DNA from: Mobula hypostoma
Lineage: Eukaryota
Direction of reading: 5' to 3'
Assembly (NCBI RefSeq): GCF_963921235.1
Contig: NC_086108.1
Location: 58,778,001 to 58,842,000 of the forward strand
Length of the DNA stretch: 64,000 nt
Within the stretch, counting starts at the first letter, position 1; each line of letters begins with the position of its first letter. The position numbers and the translations under genes were made by a program. Below are positions 52,185 to 64,000 of the stretch, piece by piece. A model generated the notes under the pieces. That model saw only the letters and a program-made list of their open reading frames with translations, did no database searches and was not told the DNA's origin.

Positions 52185-52273
52185 GGCTGATTTTGTCCAT
52201 CTTGATACCCTGATGGTCATATCCTTTGATATGGGATATGGCCATCAGGGTGTCAAGATAGACAAAATCAGCC
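52185..52273. repeat. 89-bp inverted repeat (40-bp arms, 9-nt loop)
   Basis: Arms 52185-52224 / 52234-52273 with three differences. Confidence 0.85.
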
Positions 52274-52379
52274 CAAAAACTTACAATCTTGATCTGTAGT
52301 ATACTAAGTGATTCACTGTTTCACTTTTCTGTTTACCTCAAGTTTCTGTTTATTTTTGTATTACTGCCTAGCTCGAGTA

Positions 52380-53380
52380 GCAAGAATGGATCCTAGTGCA
52401 TTGATGTGCTCTTCTTGCAAGATGTGGGAGGCCTCCAGTCTCTGATTTCTACACCTGGGTGCAGCCCGTTACAGATTGTGTGAGGGGACTGGAACTAGAG
52501 CTGAATGACATACAGGTCATTCAGGAGAATGAAGAATTGATAGGTAGGAGCTACAGGGAGGCCGTCACACTTAAAGTTGCAGGAGGCGGGTAGCTGGGTG
52601 ACAGTCAGGAGAGGGAAAGGGAATAGGCATACAGTGCAGCGTACCTTGTGGCCTTTCCTTCAATAATAAGTATACTGCTTTGGCTACTGTTGGTGGAAAG
52701 CTGCAGCGACCAGGTCTCTGGCATTGAGTTTGGCTCTGTGGTTTGGAAGGGAAAGTGAAACGGTATGTTGCCTCCCAGGTACCAGCATTGGGGATGTCTC
52801 AAATCAGCTCCAGAGCATTCTTAAGGGGAAGGGTGAGCAGCCAGAAGTCGTGGTACATATTGGTACCAATGACATAGGTAGGAAAATGGAGGAGGCCTCG
52901 AAGGATGAATGTGTGGAACTAGGTAGGAAGCTGAAGCTGCAAAGCAGGACCACAAGAGTGGTAATCTCTGGATTACTGCTGGTGCCAAATGCCATCAAGG
53001 GGAAGAATACAATGATATGGCAGATGAATGTGTGGCTGAGGAATTGATGGAGGGGGCAGGGTTTCGGATTTGTGGATCATTGGGACATCTACTGGGGAAA
53101 CGGTATGACATATATAAAGGGAAGGGTTAGACCTGAACTTGAATGGGAGCAATATCCTTGTGGGTAGGGTTGCTTGGGCTGTTGCAGAGCATTTGAACCA
53201 GGTTAGCAGGGCGATGGGAACCAAAGTGATAGATCAGAAGATGGAGCATTTGGTGCAACATGTGAGGAAGGATAGGCAGTGGATAGAGCATAATTGCAGT
53301 CAGTTGGATGACTTAAAATGTGTCTATTTCAATGCAAGAAATATCGGGATTAAGGGTGATAAACTTGGAGCATGGATCAG
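52380..53380 (+). mobile_element. CR1 5' remnant (ORF1 esterase region, start of ORF2)
   Basis: CCLPG, VVVHIGTNDIGRK, VISGLL, KCVYFNARNI. Confidence 0.85.
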
Positions 53381-54352
53381 TATTTTTTCAGTCTTTATAC
53401 TAGTAACTGGTATTCCTTAAACTTTTCCCATGTTTTTCTGTTACCTTGACTACAAATGTTTCTCTTCTCTCTCCTTCATTTACAGTGAGGGATCATTTCC
53501 CAATTAAGTATTATTCATTATTTAACCAACTCTCTAGTTTACATCTTAGGTGATAGTTCAATTCTGTTTCATACTCAATTTAATATCAAATGATTTGAAT
53601 GTGATGAGAAATCTAAGTTATTAATTATTTTACTCAGCTTAAAATCAAAATATTCTGAGCTCAGGTCATACCTTAGCAGTTTGAGGGTATGAATTTACTT
53701 TATAAACCTGTTGGTATCAGTTAGAATGATCATGAAGCTAAGGGAATATGGTTAACTTTCCAATTGTTTCACCAACGTGCTTTAGGGAGAGAACCCTGTC
53801 ACTGCTATATTCTCCTGTTCAAATCTTCTTCCAGTCACACACCATCGTGAAAGATTCTTTACTCTCTCTGTCATGGCCTGAAGGTTACTCAGTGGTACCG
53901 AAACAAGGAAGGTGGTATGTGATGACCTTCCAGGAATACTTAGAGATGGGCAACAATTGCCAAATAAAATAGATTTAAAATATTTATGATTTTATTCAGT
54001 ACACTCCGTAACCTGCATCATTCGTTCAGAACTCCTGTCAAGTACCACCATTCAGTAGTGCTTTCAATTTGCTGTAAACAGGGTGTGCCCTAAATGTTAT
54101 TCTGGTTTGTCATAGTATTTGCTTGTCCTCAGGGGCCTCCCATTGTAAACTTCAGTAGTGTTTAAGACAAAGCCATAGGCTCTACTGAATGCATGTTGCA
54201 TTGTTTAATGAACAAAGATTTGATGCCCTGAAATGAGGGTGTGGTGGGAGAGAGAACTGGTTATTGTAGACCTGATCAGAACCTGGGATCTGGATTATAG
54301 TCACCCATCAAGCAAGTTGGTGGAGTTTTCTTGTTGGGAGAAGGGAGCAAGG

Positions 54353-54610
54353 TGTTATGTTTTGTAACTTCAAAACAAAAACTAATTGCAATAAAAAGAT
54401 GGGAATCCAAAATGAAGTGAGTCTGTGAGTCTTTATTCATGGTTTCTTTAAGTGAGGCATGCATATATCATGTGGTAGCATCATGACGTATGCAACTCAA
54501 GTATTTTCACATCTAACCCATAATGAATTGTTTAAGCAAACAAGAATGCTTAATCAAACAATATATTTACAATATTACTCAAATACTACTGTGATATTAA
54601 CTGCGCAATA
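54353..54610. mobile_element. Probable short solo LTR
   Basis: Starts TGTT, ends AATA (CA>TA?); flanked by direct repeat CAAGG at 54348-54352 and 54611-54615. Confidence 0.45.
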
Positions 54611-54799
54611 CAAGGAAATTGGAAATAATTTGAGGTCTTGATCAGGTAAGTGTCTGGGGTGAACACAAGTACATGAGAAATAGGAGCAGGAGTTGGCCAT
54701 CTGGCCTGTTGAGTCTGCTCCACCATTCAATAAGATCATGCCTGAGGTTGCAGATTATAGGGTCCCTTGGCTGCTGGAGAGTCGTGAGATTAATAAGAA

Positions 54800-57700
54800 A
54801 ATCAACAAAAGAATGAGTGATTGGTGAAGGAGTCATTTCTGAGGACATATTGGGTGTCTGGGTATTTTGAATGGAACCTTGGGAAAATTATAGAGTTGGA
54901 GGCCAAGAGGACCACAATCTCGTCATGGTTTGGAGGATTACATATCTCAGTGACCCAGAGAGCTATGTTGACTGGAGTCTGGGCTTTATGCTTTGGCTCT
55001 CTGTACGGTCACCCATGCCAATCAGGTCAAAGGACAGAGGTCAGACTAAGAGTGCTGCACTGGTCCTCCAGGTTCAGGAGTCTGCTCAAGGCTAACAACC
55101 CTGAATGGTCAAACAAACAGCGATGAAGAATCCGTCTGCATCTGAGTGAGAGGGTATTCCTGAGTCTCTACCCAAGACTTGCATAGAAACATGGAAACAT
55201 AGAAAACCTACAGCACAATACAGGCCCTATGGCCCACAAAGCTGTGCCGAACATGTCCCCACCTTAGAAATTACTAGACTTACCCATTGCCCTATATTTT
55301 TCTAAGCTCCATGTACCTATCTAATAGTCTCTTAAAAGACCCTATCGTATCCGCCTTCACCACCATTGCTGGCAGTCCATTCCATGCACTTACCACTCTC
55401 TGAGTAAAAAAACTTACCCCTGATGTCTCCTCGGTACCTACTCCCCAGCACCTTAAACCTGTGTCCTCTTGTGGCAACCATTTCAGTTCCGGGAAAAAGC
55501 CTCTGACTATCCAAACGATCAATGCCTCTCATCATCTTATACACCTCTATCAGATCAACTCTCATCCTCCATCGCTCCAAGGAGAAAAGACCGAGTTCAC
55601 TCAACCTGTTTTCATAAAGGCATCCTCCCCAATTCAGGCAACATCTTTGTAAATCTCCTCTGCACCCTTTCTATGGCTTCCACATCCTTCCTGTAGTGAG
55701 GCGACCAGAACTGAGCACAGTACTCTACAAGTGAGGTCTGACCAGGGTCCTATATAGCTGCAACATCATCTCTCGACTCCTGAATTCAGTTCCACGATTG
55801 ATGAAGGCCAATATACTGTACGCCTTCTTAACCACAGAGTCAAGCTGCGCAGCTGCTTTGAGCGTCCTATGGACTTGGACCCCAAGATCAATGTCCCGCT
55901 GTAACCTCTGACAGCCTTCCACACTATCCACAACACCTCCAACCTTTGTGTCATCAACAAACTTACTAACCCATCCCTCCACTTCCTCATCAGGTTATTT
56001 ATAAAAATCACAAAGAGTAGGGGTCCCAGAACCAATCCCTGAGGCACACCACTGGTCACTGACCTCCATGCAGAATATGACCTGTCTACAACCACTCTTT
56101 GCCTTCTGTGGGCAAGCCAGTTCTGGATCCACAAAGCAATGTCCTCTTGGATCCCATGCCTTTTTACTTTCTCAATAAGCCTTGCTGAAATCCATATACA
56201 CTACATCTACTGCTCTTCCTTCATCTATGTGTTTAGTCACATCCTCAAAATATTCAATCAGGCTCGTAAGGCACGACCTGCCCTTGACAAAGCCATGCTG
56301 ACTATTTCTAATCATGTTATACCTCTCCAAATGTTCATAAATCCTGCCTCTCAGGATCTTCTCTTTCAACTTACCAACCACTGAAGTAAGACTCACTGGT
56401 CTATAATTTCCTGGGCTATCTCTACTCCCTTTGTTGAATTAAGGAACAACATTCGCAACCCTCCAATCCTCTGGAACCTCTCCCGTCCCCATTGATGATG
56501 CAAAGATAATCGCTAGAGGCTCAGCAATCTCCTCCCTCACCTCCCACAGTAGCCTGGGGTACACCTCATCTGGTCCCAGCGACTTATCCAACTTGATGCT
56601 TTCCAAAAGCTCCAGCATATCCTCTTTCTTAGTATCTACATACTCAAGCTTTTCAGTCTGCTGCAAGTCATCACTACGATCACCAAGATCCTTTTCCATA
56701 GTGAATACTGAAGTAAAGTATTCATTAAGTATCTCTGCTATTTCCTCCGGTTCCATACACAGTTTCCCACTGTCACACTTCATAGGTCCTATTCTTTAAC
56801 GTCTTATCCTCTTGCTCTTCACATATTTGTAGAATGCCTTGGGGTTTTCCTTAATCCTGCTCCCCATGGCCCCTTCTGGCTCTCCTAATTTCCTTCTTAA
56901 GCTTCTTCCTGCTAGCTTTATAATCTTCTAGATCTCTAACATTACCTAGCTCTCTGAACCTTTTGTAAGCTTATCTTTTATTCTTGTCAAGATTTATTAC
57001 AGCTTTTGTACACCACGGTTCCTGTACCCTATCATTAACTTCCCTGTCTCATTGGAATGTACCAGTGCGGAACTCCACACAAATATCTGCTGAACATTTG
57101 CCACACTTCTTCCGTACTTTTCCCTGAGAACATCTGTTCCCAATTTAAGCTTCTAATTTCCTGCCTGATAGCCTCATAGTTCTTACTCCAATTAACTGCT
57201 TTTCTAATTTGTCTGTTCCTAACTCTCTCCAATGCTATTGTAAAGGAGATAGAATTATGATCACTATCTCCTAAATGCTCTCCCACTGAGAGATCTGACA
57301 CCTGACCAGGTTCATTTTCCAACACCAAATCAAGTACAGCCTCTCCTCTTGTAGGCTTATCTATATATTGTGTCAAGAAACCTTCCTGAACACACCGAAC
57401 AAACTGCACCCCATCTAAACCCCTTGCTCTAGGGAGATGCCAATCGATATTTGGGAAATTAAAATCTCCCATCACAACAACTCTGTTATTATTACACCTT
57501 TTCAGGATCTGTTTCCCTATCTGCTCCTCGATATCCCTGTTACTATTGGGCGGCCTATAAAAAACACCCAGTATAGTTATTGACCCTTTCTTGTTCCGAA
57601 CCTCCACCCAAAGAGACTCCGTAGATAATCCCTCCATGGCGTCCACCTTTTCTGCAGCCGTTACACTATCTCTGATCAACAGTGCCACGCCCCCACCTGT

Positions 57701-59340
57701 TTTGCCTCCCTCCCTGTCCTTTCTGAAACATCTAAAACCCGGCACTTGAAGTAACCATTCCTGTCCCTGAGCCATCCAAGTCTCTGTAATGGCCACCAGA
57801 TCATGGCTCTAAGTACTGATCCACGCTCAAAGCTCATCCGTTTTGTTCACAATACTCCTTCCGTTAAAATAGACACATCTCAAATCGTTGGTCTGAGTGT
57901 GTCCCTTCTCTATCACCTGCCTATACTCCCTCTTGCACTATCTACAAGCTTTCTCTATTTGTGAGCCAACCGCCTCTTCCCCAGTATCTTCAGTTCGGTT
58001 CCCACCCCCCAACAATTCTAGTCTAAACTCTCACCAGTAGCCTTAGCAAACCTCCCAGCCAGGATATTGGTCCCCCTGGGATTCAAGTGCAACCCGTCCT
58101 TTTTGTACAGGTCACACCTGCCCCAAAAGAGGTCCCAATGATCCAGAAATCTGAATCCCTGCCCCCTGCTCCAATCCCTCAGCCACACATTTATCCTCCA
58201 CCTCATTCTATTCCTATACTCACTGTCGCATGGCACAGGCAGTAATCCTGAGATTATTACCTTTGTGGTCCTGCTTCTCAGCTTCCTGCCTAACTTTCCG
58301 TAGTCTTTTTTCAGGACCTCTTCCCTTTTCCTACCTATGTCATTGGTACCAATATGTACCACAACCTCTGGCTGGTCTCCCTCCCACTGCAGGATATCTT
58401 GGACACAATCTGAAACATCCCGGACCCTGGTGCCTGGGAGGCAAACTACCATCCTAGTTTCTTTCCTGTGTCCACAGAATTGCCTGTCTGACCCCCTAAC
58501 TATAGATTCCCCTATGACTACTGCCTTCCTCTTCCTTTCCCTAGCCTTCTGAGCCACAGGGCCGGACTCTGTTCCAGAAGCACAACCACTGTTGCTTCCC
58601 CCAGGTAGGCTGTTCCCCCAACAGTACTCAAACAGGAGTACTTATTGTCAAGGGGTACAGCCACAGGAGTACTCTCTAGTACCTGACTCTTCCCCTTCCC
58701 CCTCCTGACAGTGACCCACTTGTCTGTCTCCCGTGGCACTGGTGTGACAACTTTCTATCACCTATAACTCCTTTCTATCACCTCCTCGCTCTCCCTGACC
58801 AGACGAAGGTCATCGAGCTGCATCTCCAGTTCCCTAATGCGGTCCCTTAGCAGCTGCAGTTCGACACACCGGGTGCAGATATGGCCGTCCAGGAGGCTGG
58901 GAGACTCCAGGACCTCCCACTTCTGACACCGAGCACAGGAAACCGGCCTCACACACATACTACTTCCTTTCCACAATTAACACAGATAAATCTACCTCGC
59001 TTTGCCTCGTTACTGCCTAAGCCCGTTGAGCCAAAGCCCTAGCACTCTGCCACCTTTCACTCGGCTGCCCGCTGGATTTGGCAGTCTTCTCTTTAAACTT
59101 TTCCCGCTCTACTGACTGATGTCACATGCCTGCGCAGTCTTGCCTCTCTTTTACCCCGAGTAGTAAAACTGCCTTTGTTCTGGAAATCCTTAGCTGTTCA
59201 CCTGCAGCCTTCTTGCTTCTTGCTCCATGCTTGCATAGCTGAGAGGAAGCTACTGGTATGATGAAGAAAGCCCTGAACATGACCAGAGATGGAGGACCTT
59301 CACTGATGCTCTAAACACCAGCAGCATCATGGGCTGTAAT
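54800..59340 (+). mobile_element. RTE-like non-autonomous element split by the CR1 (pieces ~54800-55186 and 59230-59340)
   Basis: Sequence reads continuously across the CR1 TSD; RTE assignment from recalled 5'/3' end character only. Confidence 0.4.
55187..59229 (-). mobile_element. Near full-length CR1 LINE with 9-bp TSD, inserted in an RTE-like element
   Basis: ORF1 (CARC..CTRC, VVHIGTND, DGLHLN), endonuclease (ITETW, GDFNFP, SDHN), RT (QHGF, KFVDDTK); TSD CTTGCATAG at 55178-55186 and 59230-59238. Confidence 0.95.
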
Positions 59341-60788
59341 CAAGGCCAGGTCTGGGAAGTGCTTATTCAAATTTCCAAAGTAAAATTATCTTTATAGATT
59401 TCACAACATGATAGGTCAATTTTCAAACAATGTTTTTTGATCTAATTTCCAGGCAAGTTTGTATATTCAATTAACACTACTGTCTAAAGGGACCAATAAT
59501 TCAATACCTATCTCAGAACTCTTTAACTGTATAAAGAAGTCATTCATTCAGTTTTGTACTCAATAGATACTAATGCATGAACAGGCTGTTTATTTAGTAC
59601 TGAGCTTAATATAACTGTATAAGTAGGCTATTTATTCAGTACTCTACCAAATACTATCATTTAATGGGGCTGTTTATTCTAATTTACACTTAGTAGTTCT
59701 GCTAAAAAAAATGTATATCCAGTGCTGTGCAAAATACCAATGGCTGTCCATAATTTTTCAAAGTACATTTAGTGTTATGCATAATTGAAGTTAGTTTGCT
59801 GTTAAATGTCAGGTTTATGATATAAGATGTTCACTTATTGAAAATATTGAAACAGCTATTGTTAGGAAGCATCAATGATAGTGACACATCCCTTCCTGAT
59901 GGGCTGAATGCCTTCTATGCACGATTTGACGCAATGAATGATGTGACATCAAGGAAAGCCCCCTCTCCCCCTGAGGGACAGGTATCCTGTTTGGCTGCAG
60001 ATGAAGTGAGGAGAATCCTAGCAAGGGTAAACCTTCCCGTGGAAAGCTGTGGGGCCAGACAACACACCTGGTCAGGTGCTAAGGGATTGTGCAGCCCAGC
60101 TAACTGAGGTCCTAACGGACACTTTTAATATCTCTTTGCAATGGTCTACTGTCCCTGCAGGCCTCAGGGCAACCACCATAATTCCGGTGCCCAAGAGAGC
60201 AAGAGTAACTGGCCTAAACCATTACCGCCCAGTGTCGCTGACCTCAACAATCCTGAAGCCCTTTGAGCATCTGGTAATGTATCATATAAAATCCTACCTT
60301 CCAGCTACATTGGACCTTCTCCAGTTCGCCTACTCAAATTGATCCACTGATGTTGGCATAGCCTCAGCCCTCCACTTCATCCTGTGCCACCTAGAAAAAG
60401 ATGCCTCATACATCAAGATGTGGTTCATCGACCTCAGCTCAGCGTTTAGCATGATCATAGCTCAGAGGCTGGTTTGGTGAACGGTTTTCATTGATACTCA
60501 ACACTCCCTTCTGTAAATGGGTCTTGGCCTTCTTGACAGAAATACCCCAGTCGGTCTGAGTTGGCAGCAACATTTCAAGCTCTGTCATGCTGAGAACTGC
60601 CGCTCCATCCTCACCCTCCATCCCCCCACCAGGGCTATCTGCTCAGCCCGCTGCTGACTCACAACTGCACTGCCAGATCCAGCTCAAACCGCATCATTGA
60701 GCTTGCTGATGATACAACAGTGGTTGGCCTCATCAGCAACAATAATGAGTTGGCATATAGAGAGGTGCCTCCTGAGCAACAATGAGGA

Positions 60789-61490
60789 TGTAACCCCCCC
60801 CCGCTCCCCCCCCCCGGCTAGCCTCCAGGGTTGCTCAACTCGCTGTCGTCTAGGGAAACAGCCCCCGGCCCCGCCAAACTAGGTAATTAAGTTTGTATGG
60901 ATGCTGTGTGATGTACCCCACCCCGCCAAGTAACAGACAATACACCATGTACGAATAAATGAATTACAGTTTATAGATGTTACTGGAACTATATAATTAA
61001 TAGAGATAAAATATAAAAGGAAAATAAAAGGCGCCACACTTATCAAAGTTCAATCTCTTCGTGCACAAACAGTTGGAGCTCTAGTAATGATCCTGTCTTC
61101 ACCATTCGATCCCCTCTGACCACCTCGACCTGCTGCCTGGGACCAACCATGGTGGTCGACCAGATGCTCCACAAGAGTCTGTCTCTGTCTCCTCCCCTTG
61201 CCGAAGACCCTGGACCTCGGACTCCTGCTCGGGGTCCGACCCCGTTAGCTGGCTCACAGCACCTTGTCTTCTCTCTCTCTCTCGCGCCTTCTGCCCAAAA
61301 ACCCACGCATCACAATAACTTATAGACACACTAGAAAGAATAACATCTATCCCAATTGGTTCGTTTGCTCTATTATCAATCATATAACCCAAACAAGCTG
61401 CTAGCAGGTGGACTTTCTCAGCATTTAACATAACAAAGAAGCCATTTTAATTAGCCTACGCAGTAACATAAAAGGAAGAAACCCCTTACG
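60789..61490. mobile_element. Solo LTR (4-bp TSD), related to 14182-14726
   Basis: TGTAA...TTACG termini; TSD AGGA at 60785-60788 and 61491-61494; shares CCCCGCCAAACT with the 14182 LTR. Confidence 0.8.
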
Positions 61491-62259
61491 AGGACAAGCC
61501 AAAAGAGATGATGGTGGACTTCTGGAAGGTGCAGGTCAACCACTCTCAACTACACAACGATGGCTCTGCTGTGGGGAGAGTGAAGAGTGCAAAGTTCCTT
61601 AGTGTGCACATAACAGAGATCTAACCTGGACCCACAACACCTCACCAGTCAAGAAGGCAACAGCAGTGTCTATGCTTTCTGAGGAGATTGAGGTGTACAA
61701 GGCTCCCTGCCCCCATTCTAACAACTTTCTACAGGAGCACCATCGAGAGTGCCCTGTCTGGCTGCATCACCGTGTGGTACGGAAGCTGCAAAGCATCGGA
61801 AAGACCCTGCAGAGGATAGTAAAAACTGCTGAGAGGATCACTGGGGTCTCCCCCAGCCCTTCCCCCATTTGTGACATTTACTGGGAGCATTGTATACGAA
61901 GGCCCCGAAGCATTGTTGGGATCCTACCACCCATCCAACAATCTCTTTGACCTACTATTATCAGGAAGAATGTTCAGGAGTGTCAGGAAAAAAATGCCAG
62001 ACTGAGTATCAGCTTTCTCTTCCAGGCTGTGAGACGAATGAATACCCTGCCGCTACAGAGGTCTCTTTACTAGGACAGTGAGCCGCTCACTGTTTGCTAT
62101 TTACCTGTGCTGTGCACTTCACATGCATTTTTAATTATATTTTATTAACTTATTTGTGGTAATATTTTGTTTTATGTGCTGTGTGAGATATACGTATTGT
62201 GGACGAACAGTAGTCTGGAGGAGCATTTTGATTGGTTGTCTATATATATATATATATAT

Positions 62260-62776
62260 GTTGTTCGTCCATCATTGACGTCGATGAGGACCTCGACACC
62301 ATTATGGTGGTGTCGAGACTAGCGAGTGATTTGGATTTAAGTGAGCGAGAGTTGCGCAGCGTCAGCCTCACTCTCTCTTTCCAATTCCCATCTGGATCCA
62401 GTGGCAAGACAGAGTCCAGACGGCTGGAGATGGGACTAGGCGCAGTGGATGACCAGGACGTCTTCTGTGTCTTGTCCTGCTCTACACGTTCCATGACGCT
62501 TGCAGAGACCGCCTTCTTGACCGTTGGACCTTCCATAGGACTCGTCCACTCAATCTGCGGGAGTCTGTCTTCACATGCTGGGATAGGCAACTCCCTATCT
62601 CACCGAGGGTTTGAGACCCGTCGGCTACCCTCACCTGGTTTAGCCGGCTTGTTGAAGCCGTTGCCCGGGGTGTGGCCACTGTCGCATGCAAACAGCTACG
62701 GGGAGCCACAGGTGAGAGCTGAGTGCCAGGTGGGGACCAAGCATGTCGCGTCCTTTTCAGGGCGGTTAGTCCACCT
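62260..62776 (-). mobile_element. CpG-rich short retroposon (possibly RTE-derived) inserted in a (TA)n tract
   Basis: Flanked by (TA)n on both sides within the Rex 3' UTR; family assignment tentative. Confidence 0.45.
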
Positions 62777-63704
62777 TATATATATAGTCAGATGACAATA
62801 AACTTGAACTTCAGCTTCAGCCTGAACCTGTTTACTTTCATTCTGGTGGAGCTGGATAACTACTAGGAAATAATGTATTGTTTTCTCTATCATGTTACAG
62901 GTAAAAATATGACTGGAGTCTTAGTTAAACTTTCTGCAGGCTTCTGCTACCCTCAGAATAACTTTATAAAGAGTCAAATGACTTTAAGCTAAACTTTGAT
63001 CTAGTGTATAATGTGGTCATTACTAAATTCGTAGTTCTGTTTGAGATACTACTTAGTGCCACCTCAGACACAAACTTATTCATTGTTGTGCTTTGTCATT
63101 GTCTCCTACCTTAACTGTATGAACACTTATTTAATTAGTTCTGATGTGAAAGTCACAGAATAGTGTTTTATTTCTGTTAATTCTGCTCTCAAACTAATTG
63201 CTAAAGTAACAAGAGCAGAGTAGACCAGGATTTCAAGAGGCAACAGATGGCATGATAGAAATAGAAATAGATGATCAATGTGGCAGACAGTATGTTGAAT
63301 TGGGATCTCAAATTCAATTTAGGCTTTAGAATGAATAAGTTTCGTGTGCTTCAATCTAGTTCCTCATGTGCACAGAGAAGAATAGGAAACTGGCATGAAG
63401 AGTTCAGAATTTGTGGTAGTGACTAAGAAAAATAGCCTTAGTTGGAGAAAATTGTGACTCACTATAATTGGACATCTGAACAAACTTCTGCCCAGTACTT
63501 GTCAATTGCATTGCCCTAATTTATTGTTCATAATGGGGATATGACATAGAGTTGCTGCTTTGATGTAGTCAGCATTTTCTATGTAAATTGAAAATAGCAC
63601 CATCTTTTCAAATTGACTTAATAGTTCAAATCCCAGCTTAAACTCATTTGCATAAATTCAAATATAAAATTGGCCAGGAAACAATACAATGAAGTGCAGC
63701 ACAT

Positions 63705-64000
63705 GCACAGTGCTGGAAGAACTCAGCAGGTCAGGTAGGAATAAACAGTTGACGTTTCGGGTAGTGACCTTTCTTCAGGACTGGAAGGGAAGGGGGAAGA
63801 TGCCGGAATAAAAAAGGTGGGGGAGTGGAAGGATGACTAACTAGAAGGTGATAGATGAAGCCATGGGTGGGAAAGATGAGGGGCTGAAGAAGAAGGAATC
63901 TGATAGGACAGGAGAATGTGGTTGTTACTACATAGGAGAATGAGAAGAAGGAGGGGCACTGGGGGAGGTGATAGGCAGGTGAGGAGAAGCGCTAAGTGGC
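63705..64000 (-). mobile_element. Penelope-like element end with degenerate hammerhead motif (63746-63783)
   Basis: Minus strand CAGTC-CTGAAGA-AAGGTCACTACCC-GAAA-CG-TC-AACTG; flanks similar to the palindromes at 9418 and 38909. Confidence 0.7.

Larger units (their letters stand above)
59868..62815 (+). mobile_element. Decayed Rex-Babar LINE with nested solo LTR and SINE-like insert
   Basis: LPDGLNAFYARFD, GPDN.PG.VLRDCA.QL, IIPVPK, YRPVSLTSTI.K.FE, LQFAY; 3' end ATGACAATAAACTTGAAC at ~62800. Confidence 0.88.

Overview
Vertebrate genomic DNA; the repeat complement (CR1 LINEs, Rex-Babar, Penelope-like palindromes, tRNA SINEs) suggests a cartilaginous fish, probably a ray (inference). The only host gene I can support is ZRANB2 (RanBP2-type zinc-finger SR-like splicing factor) on the minus strand. 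Coding exons 1-8 lie between 38227 and 5293, all with GT-AG junctions and matching phases (752 nt, [35 protein letters not shown]...SPRSKS); the last exons are not visible and probably lie left of the window. A CpG-rich promoter surrounds exon 1. The rest is mostly transposable elements: two near full-length CR1s, many CR1 fragments, Rex-Babar and RTE pieces, a Tc1, two Tigger/pogo elements, a Chapaev3 element, solo LTRs and SINEs. Most notable: (1) a decayed endogenous retrovirus in intron 5 with a CNPase-like 2H phosphodiesterase domain just before RT and three elements nested in its integrase; (2) TSD-flanked Penelope-type palindromes, one with a minimal hammerhead ribozyme on each strand; (3) a diverged copy of the ZRANB2 promoter inserted into a nearby LINE; (4) an exact 153-bp locally templated insertion; (5) candidate autoregulatory/unproductive splice donors. 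All family assignments come from reading motifs by eye; no searches were run.
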